A stretch of 64,000 nucleotides of DNA from the NCBI GenBank assembly GCA_951406725.2, contig OX597825.1, positions 57,288,001-57,352,000 on the forward strand, given 5' to 3'. Below are positions 13,801-26,950 of the stretch, piece after piece; the stretch's first letter is position 1, and each line of letters begins with the position of its first letter. The notes beneath the pieces were generated by a model. It was not told where the DNA came from. It was given only the letters and a program-made list of their open reading frames with translations, and did no database searches. The translations under genes were made by a program, and so were the position numbers. The DNA comes from Octopus vulgaris. Its lineage: Eukaryota.

Positions 13801-14049
13801 AAATTAGCTCCAGCTGGTAATTCAAAGTAATGCCTTGCCTCCCCACACACATTGGCATCTTCCATCATCATCATGTTAAATATCTGTTGTTTTGGCTGCT
13901 GGTAAAGATTGAAGTGGTCGTCAGTTAATACAGCCTCTACTGAGGTTTCTTGGTTCTACTTTATTTCATCTATGTAACCAAATTATCTGTTTCTTCATAA
14001 TGATTTTCAATCCACTGCTACGTACCCTATTCTAAATTTCCTCTGAGTA

Positions 14050-14900
14050 ATTGTGACAGAAAGGTCCTACTTCAAGGGTCATTTATGAAGTTTATCTAAA
14101 TATCTAAAATCCTAACTTGGAAGAGATTTATCTCTTATCTGCTTCATCTCATAAAGTTTGAGTTAAATACTAATCCTTTAAAAGAGATAGACTACTCAGC
14201 CCTTACAGAGAACTAAATGCCATTAAGTGGGACCATTTGATCGGCACAATGCAACCTTGCATTCACGATATGAGCCACTGACCTCTCATTTGCTTGTTTG
14301 ATAAGGAGGTACCCTGCTTGTAGAGCATTGAGAAACCTCTTCCTATTCCCTTAGTATCTATTTTTGTATGGCTAAGTGTTATAGTCTTTTGCCTTAGCCA
14401 CACTCAGATGAATAAAACACTGCCCTTATGTCAGGATTGGAACCACCAAACCATTGCTACTAAAAAAATTGGTCCATAAATGCTGACAGCTCTTTACAAG
14501 ACATAGGTACACCTTACATTATAATAGCACTTACATATCTGGGTGTACACAAGCATTCTAGATTAGATCTATTTATAAAAAAGAAAGAGAAGAACCATAT
14601 TGTTGATTGTAATGCTTCACTTACCAACACATTGCACAAGTGACTCACACTCATTGTTTCTTCACTTTCTATAGTTACTACAATTGGTTCTGCTTCTGAA
14701 CTAGCACACTGTGTACCATTTCACTTGAAGCATCTCAAGAGGTGTGTGTTAAATACTTTACCCAATTCCTCTTCATGATTGCAGCCCTCTGGAACACCTG
14801 TACTCTTTTTTATTTGTTTTTTACATTGATCTTCATGAGTTTGTAAGCATCAATTATATTGACTTGACTGGTCTTAGAGGGTCTGCAAGCATTAAACATT
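14050..14900 (+). mobile_element. Ancient CR1-like LINE 3' remnant
   Basis: Eroded LYK..V.P....HIW and LWN-like segments near 14490-14800. Confidence 0.4.
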
Positions 14901-17900
14901 TTGACACCTTCTTGCTTTCTATCTTTCTGCTAGCTAGACAAACCTAACAGTCTAGTAGTTTATCTAACTTCTACTATTTATGTCACAAACCTAGTTAAAG
15001 AGTTTATTGTAAGAAACGTGCTTGGTTGAAACCAGTTCTCACTCAAAGAACTGGTTGAACACCCTGTTACATAACAACATAATTTTTTGAACCAACTGTC
15101 CTCTACATTCTACTGTACTTTTTATGTGGTGGATGCGTGCATATGTATATTTATGATTATATTTATTTACATATATATTCAATTTTTACTGAATATTTGT
15201 GATGAGGAATTATTATTACTTACTGTTGTATTTATCAGAGTTGTTATAGTTACAGTGTTTTAACTGCTTGTACTCTCCAGCTCTCTTTGGGTGCCTGGCG
15301 GGTACAACAGCTGAAACATGACTATTACAGCCATGTTGAGAGTATTATACAGTATGGGTATTATGTTTACCCAAGCAGTCATCAGAACTATAGAACAGAA
15401 CGTCAAGGAAAGGATAGTGGAAAGTTCAATGTTTTGGACATAGTGGTTCCTTATCAAGAACAGAGAAAGAGAGAGAAAGAAAAAAAAGATGAAAATAAAA
15501 AACTGCAGTTATAGTAAAAGTAGTTTGGGAAATGGAAGAATTGGAGTAGAAAGGTGTTTTTCATTTTTCTATTCTTGATGAAAGGTGACTGTTCAAAACG
15601 TCTAGTTCCTCTTCATTTCTTCCTCAACAAAAATATGTACTTTTGTACTCTTTTTCATTGTTCTTTGTTCCTTGTGTTAATTTCCCCCTTTTTTTGTGAT
15701 TTTACTTGGATATTCTTCCTTTACCGCTTTGACACAAACTTTTCTGATTACTACTAGATATATCTTATTATTTACACGTGTGTGTGTCTAAACATTTATA
15801 AGGACCAATCAGAATATCTGACACACACACCCTTTGTGCTTCTTCACTTCCAATACTTTTAGCTTCACTTAATTACATGCTTCTTGTTTAATCAAGGCTG
15901 ACCTGGTTCTACATAATAATAACAAATTTACTTGATCATTAGTGTAATTAGTATTAAAGACGTATCCTTCAACATAATCAGTTTATTTTCAGTAGTAGTC
16001 AGATTGTGTGACATACATGCCTCTCACAACAGTCACTTGACTTTAGTTGTTGCGTACTTAACCCCCTTGATACCAGCCTATCTCAGGTTGCTCCTGGTTC
16101 TATGATATAAACATTATTTCAACATGATTTTAAATTAAAAGCTTCCATCAGTTTTATGTTAGTTTGTTCCACATTGAGTAGGCTATATCACTAAATTCTT
16201 CATTATTTTCAAAATTAATTGGAAAACAAAAAATGGGGCAGTCTGTTTTAGCAGAAATATGCTTAAAAGGTTAAATCAAGTTTATTTACTTTAATAATGA
16301 TTTCTAACTTGAAATACATGAGGTCACAAATTGCTTGTGGTGCTATTGGTGAATGAAATCAATAGTTTCAATTTACAATGTATATTACCATTATTATTTT
16401 ATCACCATGTCTTCAGAACATAAAACTCTGTCACATTTTTGCCTAGTTCTCTACCATTATTGCCACTCAACAACAACCTTAATGGTAATAATTCTTTGGT
16501 GGATTAAATAGTATGTTAGACTAAAATTAAAATGCCTGGCATTTTAATTAAGCATTTATGTTCTGTGGTCAAAGAAATGGCTACCAGTAATAGACTGTGG
16601 CTTTGTTTCAATGAAATAAAAAAATAAATAAAAGGTCATCATCATCAACTTTGTATCTAGTTTCTTTTATTTTCTTTATGGTTTTTGTTTTTAAACTAGG
16701 GTTGTCTTTACTCTTAAACTTACCCCTATCCAACCCCTTAGTCATAAATTTCAAAATGTGTTTTGTGTGACATTGGATCCAGTCTTCAGCTTTCCTTTTT
16801 GCTCAGCTAAAGACTGTATCAAGTGTTATCTGGAATAGATCTATGTAGTAGATAGAATAGATCTATGAGGGTGGTGTTGTGGTATTAGATATCCACTTGG
16901 GTACAGTGGTAATTTGATTTAGTTGGAGCTGGGTGTAATTATTGGTTCCATTTAGCTGGGAATTAAATTGCAAAGCTATGAACTAGATTTGCTTTAGGTT
17001 AAATCTGTACCTACTTAATCTGAATAAGAAGTACAGTGTCAGCCCATAGCATTTCTGAATGAGGTAATGTTTATCCTACAGTTACGGTTTATAATACAGC
17101 AGATGTTCAGATTTATATTTTGGTTCACTAAAGGCTGGATCTACTTAGCTTAGGAACCAGTCTTTGCTCTGAAAGAATCCAATTTATTTTGCTGGAATTG
17201 GTGCCAATAATATCAGAAATGTAGAAGTGTTCTCTTAATCCCTCATTTGCTTTCTTGAGTTCAAATCTTACAAGAAGCTAGTTTGCTTTTTATTTCTTTA
17301 GAAGGTGGATAGTGGTGTGGTGAGTGGTTAAGAAATCCAATACAGTTATTAAACAGGGAGCAAGTCACTTCTTTCTATTCTTCACTTTATGAAAGAAACA
17401 AAGATTTTTTTTATTTTTCAGTTTATGTGGACAGCTGGTTTTTAAAATAATTTGTTGCCAACTGTACACATTTCCTTGATCAAGCTGTCTATTGTTCTGC
17501 CATTTTGGGCATTAAAAAGCCACATGAGTGACAGCAGACGTCAACACAATTGAACTTTTGCATTTTGTAACATGTTTCTTTTACTCGCTGTTTGTAATGT
17601 TAGTGTGAATTTACTGAATGTTTGAATGAAAATATTTGACCCAGCTCTTTATACGAGTTCATTCCCTTGACTGTTATTTTGTTGTGTACTTTGGTGCAAT
17701 ACACTCACTCAATAGGTATCACATTGTCTGGAAATGAAAGATAGAACAGCATCATATACAGGGGCAGATTGATCCCTTCCTACTTTTACAGAAACTCGCT
17801 TTTAAGTAAGTTCCTGTGTAATTAGCTACCTCAATGGATTTGCTTTATAGCTACTTAATTTACCTGTATATGAAAATAAATTGTAAGAAAATGAAAACTT

Positions 17901-20319
17901 ATGTGCCCCTCTTGTTATAACCATTTCCTGCACCCTCTGACCTAATGGCTCATCTCAGTCCCATCCTAATCATTCCCCACATCTCCCATCTCAGCTGTTC
18001 TAACTCTCACTTCCTTCCTCATTTGTGCTTTTGTCTGCTGTCACAGAAACACATGGTTTTAGAACACCTGTCATTTCCACCATAACCTATGGAGTTGAAG
18101 AGCTACTAAAAACTGTTCTTCATGCAAAACAAGTGGTTGAGTGGATAGCTGAGAGGTCAATGGTTCACATCATGGGATTATCTAACAACAAAGTCTACCT
18201 GGTCATAAATATGTACCACATTATATGAACAACTCTGACTCTAGTCAACTATAGTAGCACTGTGGCATGTCTATTTGTAGTGCTGAATATAATTAATCAT
18301 TCTTGTATATAATGTAGTCTGAAGAAAGATTGGACTCCACTTAACTATTTTGTCTCTTTCATAGGCATTCTTCAGTGGTGCCCTTACACAACAATTCATT
18401 GTGGCAAAAGCACTAATATTGATAAGAAGACCACAATTTGCTAAACTTTTTATAGACTTTTATTTAAATCTGTTTTAGCACTTTCTATATTAAAGTCTTT
18501 TAGTAAACAAGAAATAATTCATTGAGTTTTCAATATCTAAAATTCTAATTGATATGGTATTGTTAGAACAAGTTCAGGAATATATTTATTTAATATGTAA
18601 AAATTTTATATAATTGTGTGAGAGAGAGTTTGTTAAAACAGCAGGAAGAAATCTGAGAAGATGGAATGTTGCAAAAGATGGTTTATATGTTGGAGTGGGG
18701 AACAACAGTGATTTGCCAAATATTGTCTTTTTTGTCAATGAGGTATGACATGTGAGAAATGAAAAGGTATTTTGTAAGTGACTTTGAAATTGGATCAAAA
18801 CTGAATGATAGAAACCCTTATTTACTCGTTGGATGTGAAGATTGACAAAGGCCACTGTAACCTCTTTGATAACATATTTGTATTCTTTCTTTCTTCTTTT
18901 TCTCAATTCCTTCTCCCAACCATAGAAAGATTTTCCAAAATCAAAATAGCTTTAGGAATTTCCTGATCTACATGTGTATGGTATTGAGTTGCTTAACTGA
19001 AGATAATCTTAAATTTTCCATTTTATTAACCTCATCTTTTATTTTTCATTCTTGCACTGTTTTGATTGTTTTCTTATTCATGCATGCAAGCAGGGCTGTC
19101 ATAACAGTATTATAGACTCCATGATACAGATAAGCACTGGAGGTCCCTAAAGTCAATTTTTGAGGCATATAATTATTTTTCAGGACTTATCTAGGATTGA
19201 ACTAGGAATTAATGAATTACATGTATATTTTCTTTTTAAAACTTCTATGAATAAATTCATTTCTGTTATACCGTAGTTTGAATTATCTCTCAATTTGGCT
19301 TTAGTAATTGCTAAAGCTTCATCCATTTGTTGGAGCTGTCATGAATTTGAATAGGCTACAATTTCCAAGAAATGGGTTTATATACTCCCTGTCTTTTGGC
19401 TAATAATTACCATGAGATGGTGGTAGAGTGGTTAAGAATGCAATAGAAACAGGAGCTTTATTTGTTTATTTTGTTGTGAGTGGAAATCTAGGCAATGGAA
19501 ATATGATATGTTGGAAAAGGGCAGTAGTAAACTGCTCAGAACTGTGTAAAGGAGAGAAGCTATAAAAAATGAAGTAGAAACTTCAGAAAATAGCATTTAT
19601 TTTAAACAGTTTCACAGACAGTTGTTTACACTAGCCTGAATTGGAGCAATTGTTATTACAGCTGATCACTCCTTCCTATCACTGACCCATGAAAAAGTGG
19701 AATGTGTTGGCTATCAGTCAGGGGTAGTTGTAGCCTGTTGTAGTAAACATAAGTCATGTTTGTCAGTAATTCTAGTATCATACTCTCAGTGTATTTTCTC
19801 TCAAAGTGCCAATATTGCAATAAGCTTGTCTTTACTCCATTCTCCAGCCTTTCATTTTTGAGATCAATTATCATTTTTAATGTCTTTTAAGTTTTGTTTT
19901 TCCATGTTGGCCTGAATAGAACAAGCCCATAGTATTGAAAATGGCCATTTTGTCTCAGTCCTAAGAGCTGGCCACATTATTTTATTCATATGTTCAGTTA
20001 TGCACGCATTAGCACACTTGTTTTGTATGTCATGCATATTGACCGTATACCTTGTGTTTTGTCTCCTGTCAGCAATTGAGAGATCTTCCATATTGGATGG
20101 CAGAATTAATAGCACATTTGACTAAATAGTCTATGATGCTTTCTTGTGTTTCCTTTTTGTCCAATATTCAAATTCTGTCTCTTCAAGATTGATGACTTGA
20201 ATAGCAATAATAAACTAATTTTCAATTGAATTGACTATATGTAATCCACTCAAATATGTTACAGATTTATGGTTTTGTACTCTTGTTGTTGTTCGTGTTG
20301 GTGGTAGTAGTAGTAATGG

Positions 20320-21520
20320 TGGGTTGGCAGAATCATTAGAGTTTAGAATATCGTCTTGACTTTCAAATCTTGGAGTCTATGAAGTACAGTACTAGTTAAG
20401 TACCAGGGTCAATAGTATCAACTAACTTTCCCCCTCCCCTCAAAATTGCTGAAACAAGCTGGCAGAATCGTTAACACACTGGACAAGATGCTGCTCAGCA
20501 TTTTATGTCTTTACATTCTGCCAAGGATAAATTAAGTACCAGTCAAGCACTGGGGACAATGCCATCAACTAATCCCTACCCTCAAAATTTCAGGCCTTGT
20601 GCCTATTGTAAAAAGCATTATTTTTAAGACAGTGAGCTGTTAGAAGCATTGATGTGTCAGGCAAAATGTTTTGCAGCATTTTTTCTGGCTTGTTATGTTC
20701 TGAGTTCTAATTCTGCTGAGGTCGGCTTTGCTTTTCATCATATTGAAGTCAGTAAAATAAAGTACCAGTTAAGCACCTGGGTTGATGTAATTAACTTGAC
20801 CCCTACCCTAAAATTTGAAGCCATTATTGTTGTTGTTGCTGTTAAGGCATGGAGCTGGCAGAATTGTTAGAATGTAAAGTCTGATGAAATGCTGCTAGGC
20901 ATTTTGCCCAGCGTACTGAGTTCAAATTCCACTGAGGTTGATTTTGCCTTTCATCTTTTCTGGGGCAATAAAATAAGTATCAGCTGAGTACTGGGGTCAA
21001 TGTAATTGACTTAACCTTCCCCTGAAATTGCTGGCCATGTGCCAAAATGTGAAACCATTACTATTAGTATTATCAGCAGCAGCACGATGGATTGAGAGGA
21101 TTGTTAGAGTGCTTAGCAGAATCTGTTCCTTCTGTTGTGAGTTCAAATCTAGTCAAGACCAGTTTGCTTTTTGTATCCTTTAGAGGTAGGGTGGTGTCAA
21201 TAAAATGAAGTACCAGTAAGTACTTGGGTTGATGTAATTAAGTAACTGCCTCTCTAAATTTCTGGTCTTGTGCCAAAAATTGGAAAGAATTATTATAATT
21301 GTTGTTGTTGTTGTAAGGCAGTGAGCTGGCAGAATTGTTAACATGTCAGGTAAAATGCTAAGTGACATTTCGTTGTTCTTTGTGTTCTAAGTTCAAATTC
21401 TGCTGTGGTTGATTTTGCCTTTGACCCTTTTGGGAGTCAATAAAACACACAAGTTGAGAACTGTGGTAAATATAATCAGCTTACCCTCTTCCTCTTATAC
21501 CAAAATTTGAAACCATTATT
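20320..21520 (+). mobile_element. Head-to-tail cluster of ~6-7 family-B SINE copies in gene 1 intron
   Basis: Repeated gagctggcagaat...gagttcaaatt...aagtaccag...ctggggtc units separated by (GTT)/(ATT) tails. Confidence 0.8.
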
Positions 21521-21740
21521 AGTGGTGGTAGTATCACCAAAGGCTGGACCTAGTTGTTGGTCTCACATTTCTGGCACTGACATCTATTCACCCTTTCTCT
21601 GGACTGTGTTAACATTGTTTGATTTTTTACTGGAATGCAGAGTGAAGGGTATTGTCTGTCTCAGCTAATGTAAGAATGCTAAATTAGCGAATTTTTATAA
21701 ATGGTTTATGTATTCATTTTCTTTTTCTTTGTCTTTTCAG

Positions 21741-21845
21741 GAAGAAAATGTCGACAATGTGAATGACAAAGTACTTGATATGGCAGATAAAATGAAGACA
21801 GACAACGAACCAGTTGAAAAGAAGATGAAGGTGGCTAATGACCAA
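21741..21845 (+). CDS. Gene 1 exon (EENVDNVNDKVLD-MADKMKTDNEPVEKKMKVANDQ); first in-frame ATG at 21780
   Basis: Acceptor ctttttctttgtcttttcag|, donor CAA|gtatgg, open frame, gatATGg context. The true start may lie in an unidentified upstream exon. Confidence 0.8.
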
Positions 21846-22476
21846 GTATGGACCGCATTGTAACTATTGCATGTATGGTGGACTTGTGGTGGTGCTGATT
21901 GAAGAGTAGTGGTTATTTGTGATGGCCTTCTGATTAGATGTGGTAACAGTAAGCTATCTGGTAGGATTATGTGAGGGTGATGAGTCTACTGGGTATCTGG
22001 GCTGGCTATCTGATTAAATGTAATGTGGGCGTATTTGGTGTGGCTGAGTGATTGATTGGTAGTGGCCGTGGGGTTAGTGGGCATCTAGCATGGCCTGATT
22101 GATTACATGTACTGGAATATCTGATGTGGTCATCTCATGGGATGCAGTGCTGGTGATGGCAGAAACTGTAGATTGCTGAAGTTTGAAGTTGTTAGTTTCT
22201 GCTAAAGTCAACAGAAGAATAATAGATTGAGTTATGGCTCTGAAATCAGTATTAGTCATGTGTTTTACCTTACATCCTTCCGGGGTCAATATAATAACAT
22301 ATCAGTCTAGTACTGGGCTTAATTGAATTCACTAATTTCCTCCCACAAAATTCCAAGTCAATTGCTAGGATTAATATAATCAACTTATTCCATCCCTTAA
22401 AACTGCTGACCTTGTGCTGAAATTTGAAACTTTTTATTATCTGCCACTCATGTTAACACTGTGTGTTTGTTTCCAG

Positions 22477-22564
22477 GAGAATGAAGCTGACAAGACAAAA
22501 GAAAGTAAAAATAAACGCGCCACCAACTGTCGCTACAAACGTCTTGGTATCAGTGATGACGAAG
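22477..22564 (+). CDS. Gene 1 exon (ENEADKTKESKNKRATNCRYKRLGISDDE)
   Basis: Acceptor tttgtttccag|, donor GAAG|gttagt. Phase 0 in, phase 1 out, consistent with the flanking exons. Confidence 0.85.
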
Positions 22565-22889
22565 GTTAGTATACTTGTATTCCCTTTTGTTTTGTCTTTT
22601 TTTTTCCTCCCCCATTCCTGTCTCCTTTTTTCTTTATATCCATACTCTTCATTGAGTTATTTTCTTTCTTCTTTATAAAGGCCTGGGCATGGCTGTGTAG
22701 TTTTAGAAGTTCACTTCACAATCACATGGTTTTGGATTTGGCTCCATTGTGTGGCACCTTGAACAAGTGTCTTCTACTACAGCCTCAGGCTAACCAAATT
22801 TATGTAGGTAAAAGTGTATGAGCAAGCAACAAGGTCAGCCAGCTGTAAAGCAATCATAATGAATTCTTCTAACCTATACTTGCATGGAA

Positions 22890-23430
22890 AAAGAGCATAC
22901 AGCAAATACATTTATAAGGAGGCAGTGGCAAGTGACTGAGACCTTTGGCAACAGACTCGTCAAACCAACAGAAATCGTAGTTATGGCTGATGCCAGTGTT
23001 GCATTCATGCTGGTGGCATGTGATAAGCACCCTTTGAATGTTAGGGGATATGCTGTACTTGAGAATATCTGTCAAACTAAGTGAAGTCGTAGTTGTGGCC
23101 AATGTCACTGTCATGTAACCAGCACATGAAAAGCACCCTTCAAACTTTGGGGCTCACAAAGGCAGTGGCAAGTGACCGAGACCTTTGGCAACATATACTG
23201 TGCTTGAGAAGACCTGTCAAGCCAAGTGAGATCGCAGTCATGGCAGTGTTTTGTAACTGGCACATGAAAGGCACCCTCTACACTCTTGGAGTGGTTGGCG
23301 TTAAGAAGGGCATCCAGCTGTAGAAACCATGCCATATCAGATTGGAACCTGGTGTAGCTCCCCAGCTTACTAGTTTTAAGTCAAATTGTCCAATATATGC
23401 CATCATGGAAAACGGATGTTAAATGATGAT
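22890..23430 (+). mobile_element. RTE-clade LINE 3' end / RTE-tailed SINE (family C) with internal duplication
   Basis: LQTLGLTKAVASDRDLW-like terminus, ggagtggttggcgttaagaagggcatccagc, (GAT)n tail. Related - strand copies at 24862-25030, 38125-38455, 40188-40337, 42735-42990 and 45145-45285. Confidence 0.7.
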
Positions 23431-23894
23431 CTATCTCCCCCACTCACACATTATCTTATTTACCTGATGATGATAACTATCAGAAGTCCTTATCTTTTGA
23501 TAATAAGAGCAGTTGAATTGTCAGTCCTTTTCCACAATACACTGGAACTTTATTGAGTTCCAAGGTTTTCATTGTTGCTGTTACTCTGAGTGGAGGGAGT
23601 GTGTGTGGAGTGAAGTGTGATAGGGGGGAAGTGTTTGCTTTTGAATAGCAAGAATTTGAAATTCCTTGGTAATCTCCAAAGTTTTTTCTTCTTTTTTTTA
23701 AAAAATATTGTATCGTAGCTCTTTCTAAAATAAACACTTGAGTTGTCAAAGGCTCCTACTTAGACCTGTGCCTGTTGTAATGTCATGTCTCATTGCAAAG
23801 ACAGAGTTTTTACAATGTTAAGTTTCATGGCTTTCATGCTGACCAATTGACAATGTTTGACCTATACTATGAAGCACATATTTTCTTTCTGCAG

Positions 23895-23970
23895 CCAGCT
23901 GTATTTTGCTAACATTAGTCAGTGATGACTTTTGCCGCTGAAGGTTTATTTCGGTTCAGTTGAACCATGG
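23895..23970 (+). other. Candidate alternative exon of gene 1 (poison exon and/or alternative start exon)
   Basis: ttttctttctgcag| acceptor and perfect |gtaagt donor. In-frame TGA at 23939-23941 after the 22477 exon. Ends in accATGG, in frame with the 29704 exon. Confidence 0.55.
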
Positions 23971-24104
23971 GTAAGTAGTGACACCATGATATACAATGTA
24001 GGCCAGCACAGCACAGCTTCCGGTATTTATACGGGATTCAGGAATGGAATATTTTATTCAAGTTTTCATGTACTAGTTGCAAATAATAAATGACTAGAGA
24101 TACA

Positions 24105-24330
24105 TGTAAATGTATGTATGTATGTGTGTGTGTGTGTGTGTATACATATGTATATGTATAAGTGTACATGTATATATATGTGTGTATATATATATATATC
24201 TACAACATATGTATGTGTATGTATGTATATATATGTGTGTATATATATATAAGTATGCATATATATATGTGTGTGTATGTATATATAAGTATGCATATAT
24301 ATGTGTGTGTGTATATATATGTATGTATGG
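24105..24330. repeat. (TA/TG/TATG)n compound microsatellite
   Basis: Directly visible. Confidence 0.95.
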
Positions 24331-25149
24331 GTAAAATCTGCATGTGGTATGGGTTGTTTCCCTTGGGCTGTTTAAATAAAATAGTAATATGTAGTAGATA
24401 GAAGGATCCATTGGAAGGGCCCTATTATCAGTTTTTTTCAACAATGGACGTATGTCACAAAGTTTCCAGTTGTGAGTTCTACTTGCATGTCAAACTATGA
24501 TAGTAATATTGTCTGCAAAAATTAGAAATAGGACACCAAAAGAAAATTATTATTCGAAGTAATCGAGCATAATCAATAAAATGGCTTATTTCCCTTGAGT
24601 GTTTAAAGAAAATATTGTACAGGTGTTATGGGTTATTTCCATTCAGTGCTTAAAAAAGGAAAAGTAGTTATATAAGGTAGATATAAAGGTCCCTTCCAGG
24701 GCTGTATTGATTTTTTTCAACAATCTAAGTATGTCATGAAGTTTCCAGACATGAGTTCTACTCACGTGTCAAGTCTCATCAAAATCAATAAAATGATGTA
24801 GGAGTTAGCTTAACAACGCCACAAACAAATACACACCAATTTTCTACGTATGTAGTATATATCATCATCATCATCATTTAACATCCGCTTTCCATGCTAG
24901 CATGGGTTGGACGATTTTACTGAGGACTGGCGAACCAGATTGCTGCACAAGGGTCCAATCTGATCTGGCAGAGTTTCTACAGCTGGATGCCCTTCCTAAC
25001 GCCAACCACTCCATGAGTGTAGTGGGTGCTAGATATATATGTTTGTGTGTGTGTGTGTATATATATATATATGCTTATGTGTGTATATATTTGTATGTCT
25101 ATATATATATATATGTGTGTGTTTATGTATTTGCGTATATATGTATACA

Positions 25150-26417
25150 TCAGGTCATCCCATAAGTTCTGTCCGAATATTGAATAAAGAAAACTATGAT
25201 CAAATGTTATATTTAATTGAAATTTAATCATCAATGTACTTTCCCTGATTATCTATGACTTCCTCCCATCTATTTACAAGCTTTTTAATCCCATCAATGT
25301 AAAACTCTTTTGGTTTCGAAGTGAAGAACTCTGAAATGTCAGTTTCAACCTCCTGGCTCGCGAAAGTTATATCCCCCAAATGATTTTGTAAACTATGAAA
25401 CAAATAGTAGTCGGAGCAAGGTCGGGAGAATAAGGTGGGTGGGGACTTTTTCCCAACCAAGCTCTTCAATCTTCTGTGATGTGATCTTTGCAGTGTGGGG
25501 TTGTGCATTGTGCTGATGAAACATCACTCCTTTTCGATTCACTAAAGCGGGTCTTTTTTCTTCAAAGCTTGGTTCAAACGCTCTTATTCCTGACAGTAGA
25601 CTTGGGCATTGATTGATGCATTAGGTGGTAACAATTCAAAGTGAATTACTCCTTTGCAGTTCCACCAAATAGAAGAACCTTTTTCCCATGAAGTTCCCTT
25701 CTCAGTTGTGGTTGAGTTTTTTTCCTTTTACCAAGCCACTGTTTACGATATTTAACATTTCGATTGAAGATCCATTTTTCGTCACCAGTCACAAGTCGAT
25801 CCAAAAAAAGGGTGAAATGAGTTAACGAGAATGGAGAGAAGAGCAGATGTCAACTCTGGATTTGCGGTTGTTTTCGGACAATTCATGAGGCACCCATTTT
25901 CCAAGTTTAGGAACCTCTCCGAGTTGTTGAAGATGAAATGAACAGTTGTATGGTTTGAACTAAGCTTTATTGCCAATTCTTCAACTGATAATGCAAGATT
26001 TTCTTAAAGTAATGCCTCAAGGAGCTTATTATCAAACTTAACTGGACGTTCTGTTCGATCTTCAAGGCTGAGATCTCCACCTCTGTATTTTGCAAACCAT
26101 CTTCTGCAAGTTCTTTCATTCAGGCATTCTTTCCCATAAACTGAGTGTGTGTTTTGAGTCGCTTTGGCTGCACAGTTTCCTTTTTTGTATTTATAAAGCA
26201 TTATGTGCCTCAAATGCTCTTTGGATACTTCCATGTTAGAAAGGGTTTTAATCAAAGAAATTTTACTTCTATTATTCTGTAAAATATTTAATTAGTTTAG
26301 CTGTATACAAATGCATAAAAATAATTTTTAATTCCATTAGCCATTCTAAAATTCGATTTTATTTTATATTCAATTTTAAAATAGGTAAAATCGGACACAA
26401 CTTATGAGACGACCTGA
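25150..26417 (-). mobile_element. Full-length (~1.27 kb) decayed mariner transposon; transposase pseudogene
   Basis: 27-bp TIRs tcaggtcatcccataagttctgtccga / tcggacacaacttatgagacgacctga, with TA on the right flank. - strand MEVSKEHLRHIMLY..., KWVPHEL, TGDEKW and PYSPDLAP motifs carry stops and frameshifts. Confidence 0.92.
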
Positions 26418-26950
26418 TATGTACATATGTATGTGTGTGTGTATATATATATATGTATACACATATATGTTTATATATATCTATATATGTGTGTGTGTGT
26501 ATATATATATATATATAATGTATGTATATAAGTATATGTATATATGTGTGTGTGTGTGTATATGTATATATTTGTATGTGTATATATGTATGTATATAGA
26601 TGTATGTATATAGATGTATGTGTATATAGATGTATGTATATAGATGTATGTATATATGTATATGTATATAGATGTATGTATATATATGTATATGTATATA
26701 GATGTATGTATATGTATATAGATGTATGTATGTATATGTATATAGATGTATGTATATATGTATGTATGTATATATATTTATGTGTATATATGTATATGTG
26801 CATATATGTATATGTAAATATACATATGTATATATATATGTACATATGTATATATACATATGTATATACATAAATGTATATGTATGTATACATATATATG
26901 TAGGTATATGTATCTTTGTATATATATATTGTTTAGATATATTTGTATAT
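26418..26950. repeat. Long compound (TA/TG/TATG/GATGTATGTATATA)n simple repeat
   Basis: Directly visible; the source of many spurious ORFs. Confidence 0.95.

Noticed and set aside
15283-15514. Possible exon/ORF in gene 1 intron 1 (MGAWRVQQLK...)
   Set aside because: It has a TTG start, no strong in-phase donor and no recognisable homology.
23464-23490. Hammerhead-like CTGATGA-tgat/atca-GAAG
   Set aside because: It has GAAG rather than GAAA, no stem I or III, and sits next to a (GAT)n tail, so it is probably chance.
23922-23941. C/D box snoRNA (TGATGA...CTGA)
   Set aside because: The boxes are only ~9 nt apart with no terminal stem; flanking splice sites explain the region better.
25224-26255. 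SETMAR-like domesticated transposase gene
   Set aside because: It has multiple stops and frameshifts, retains TIRs, and has no SET domain; it is a dead mariner copy.
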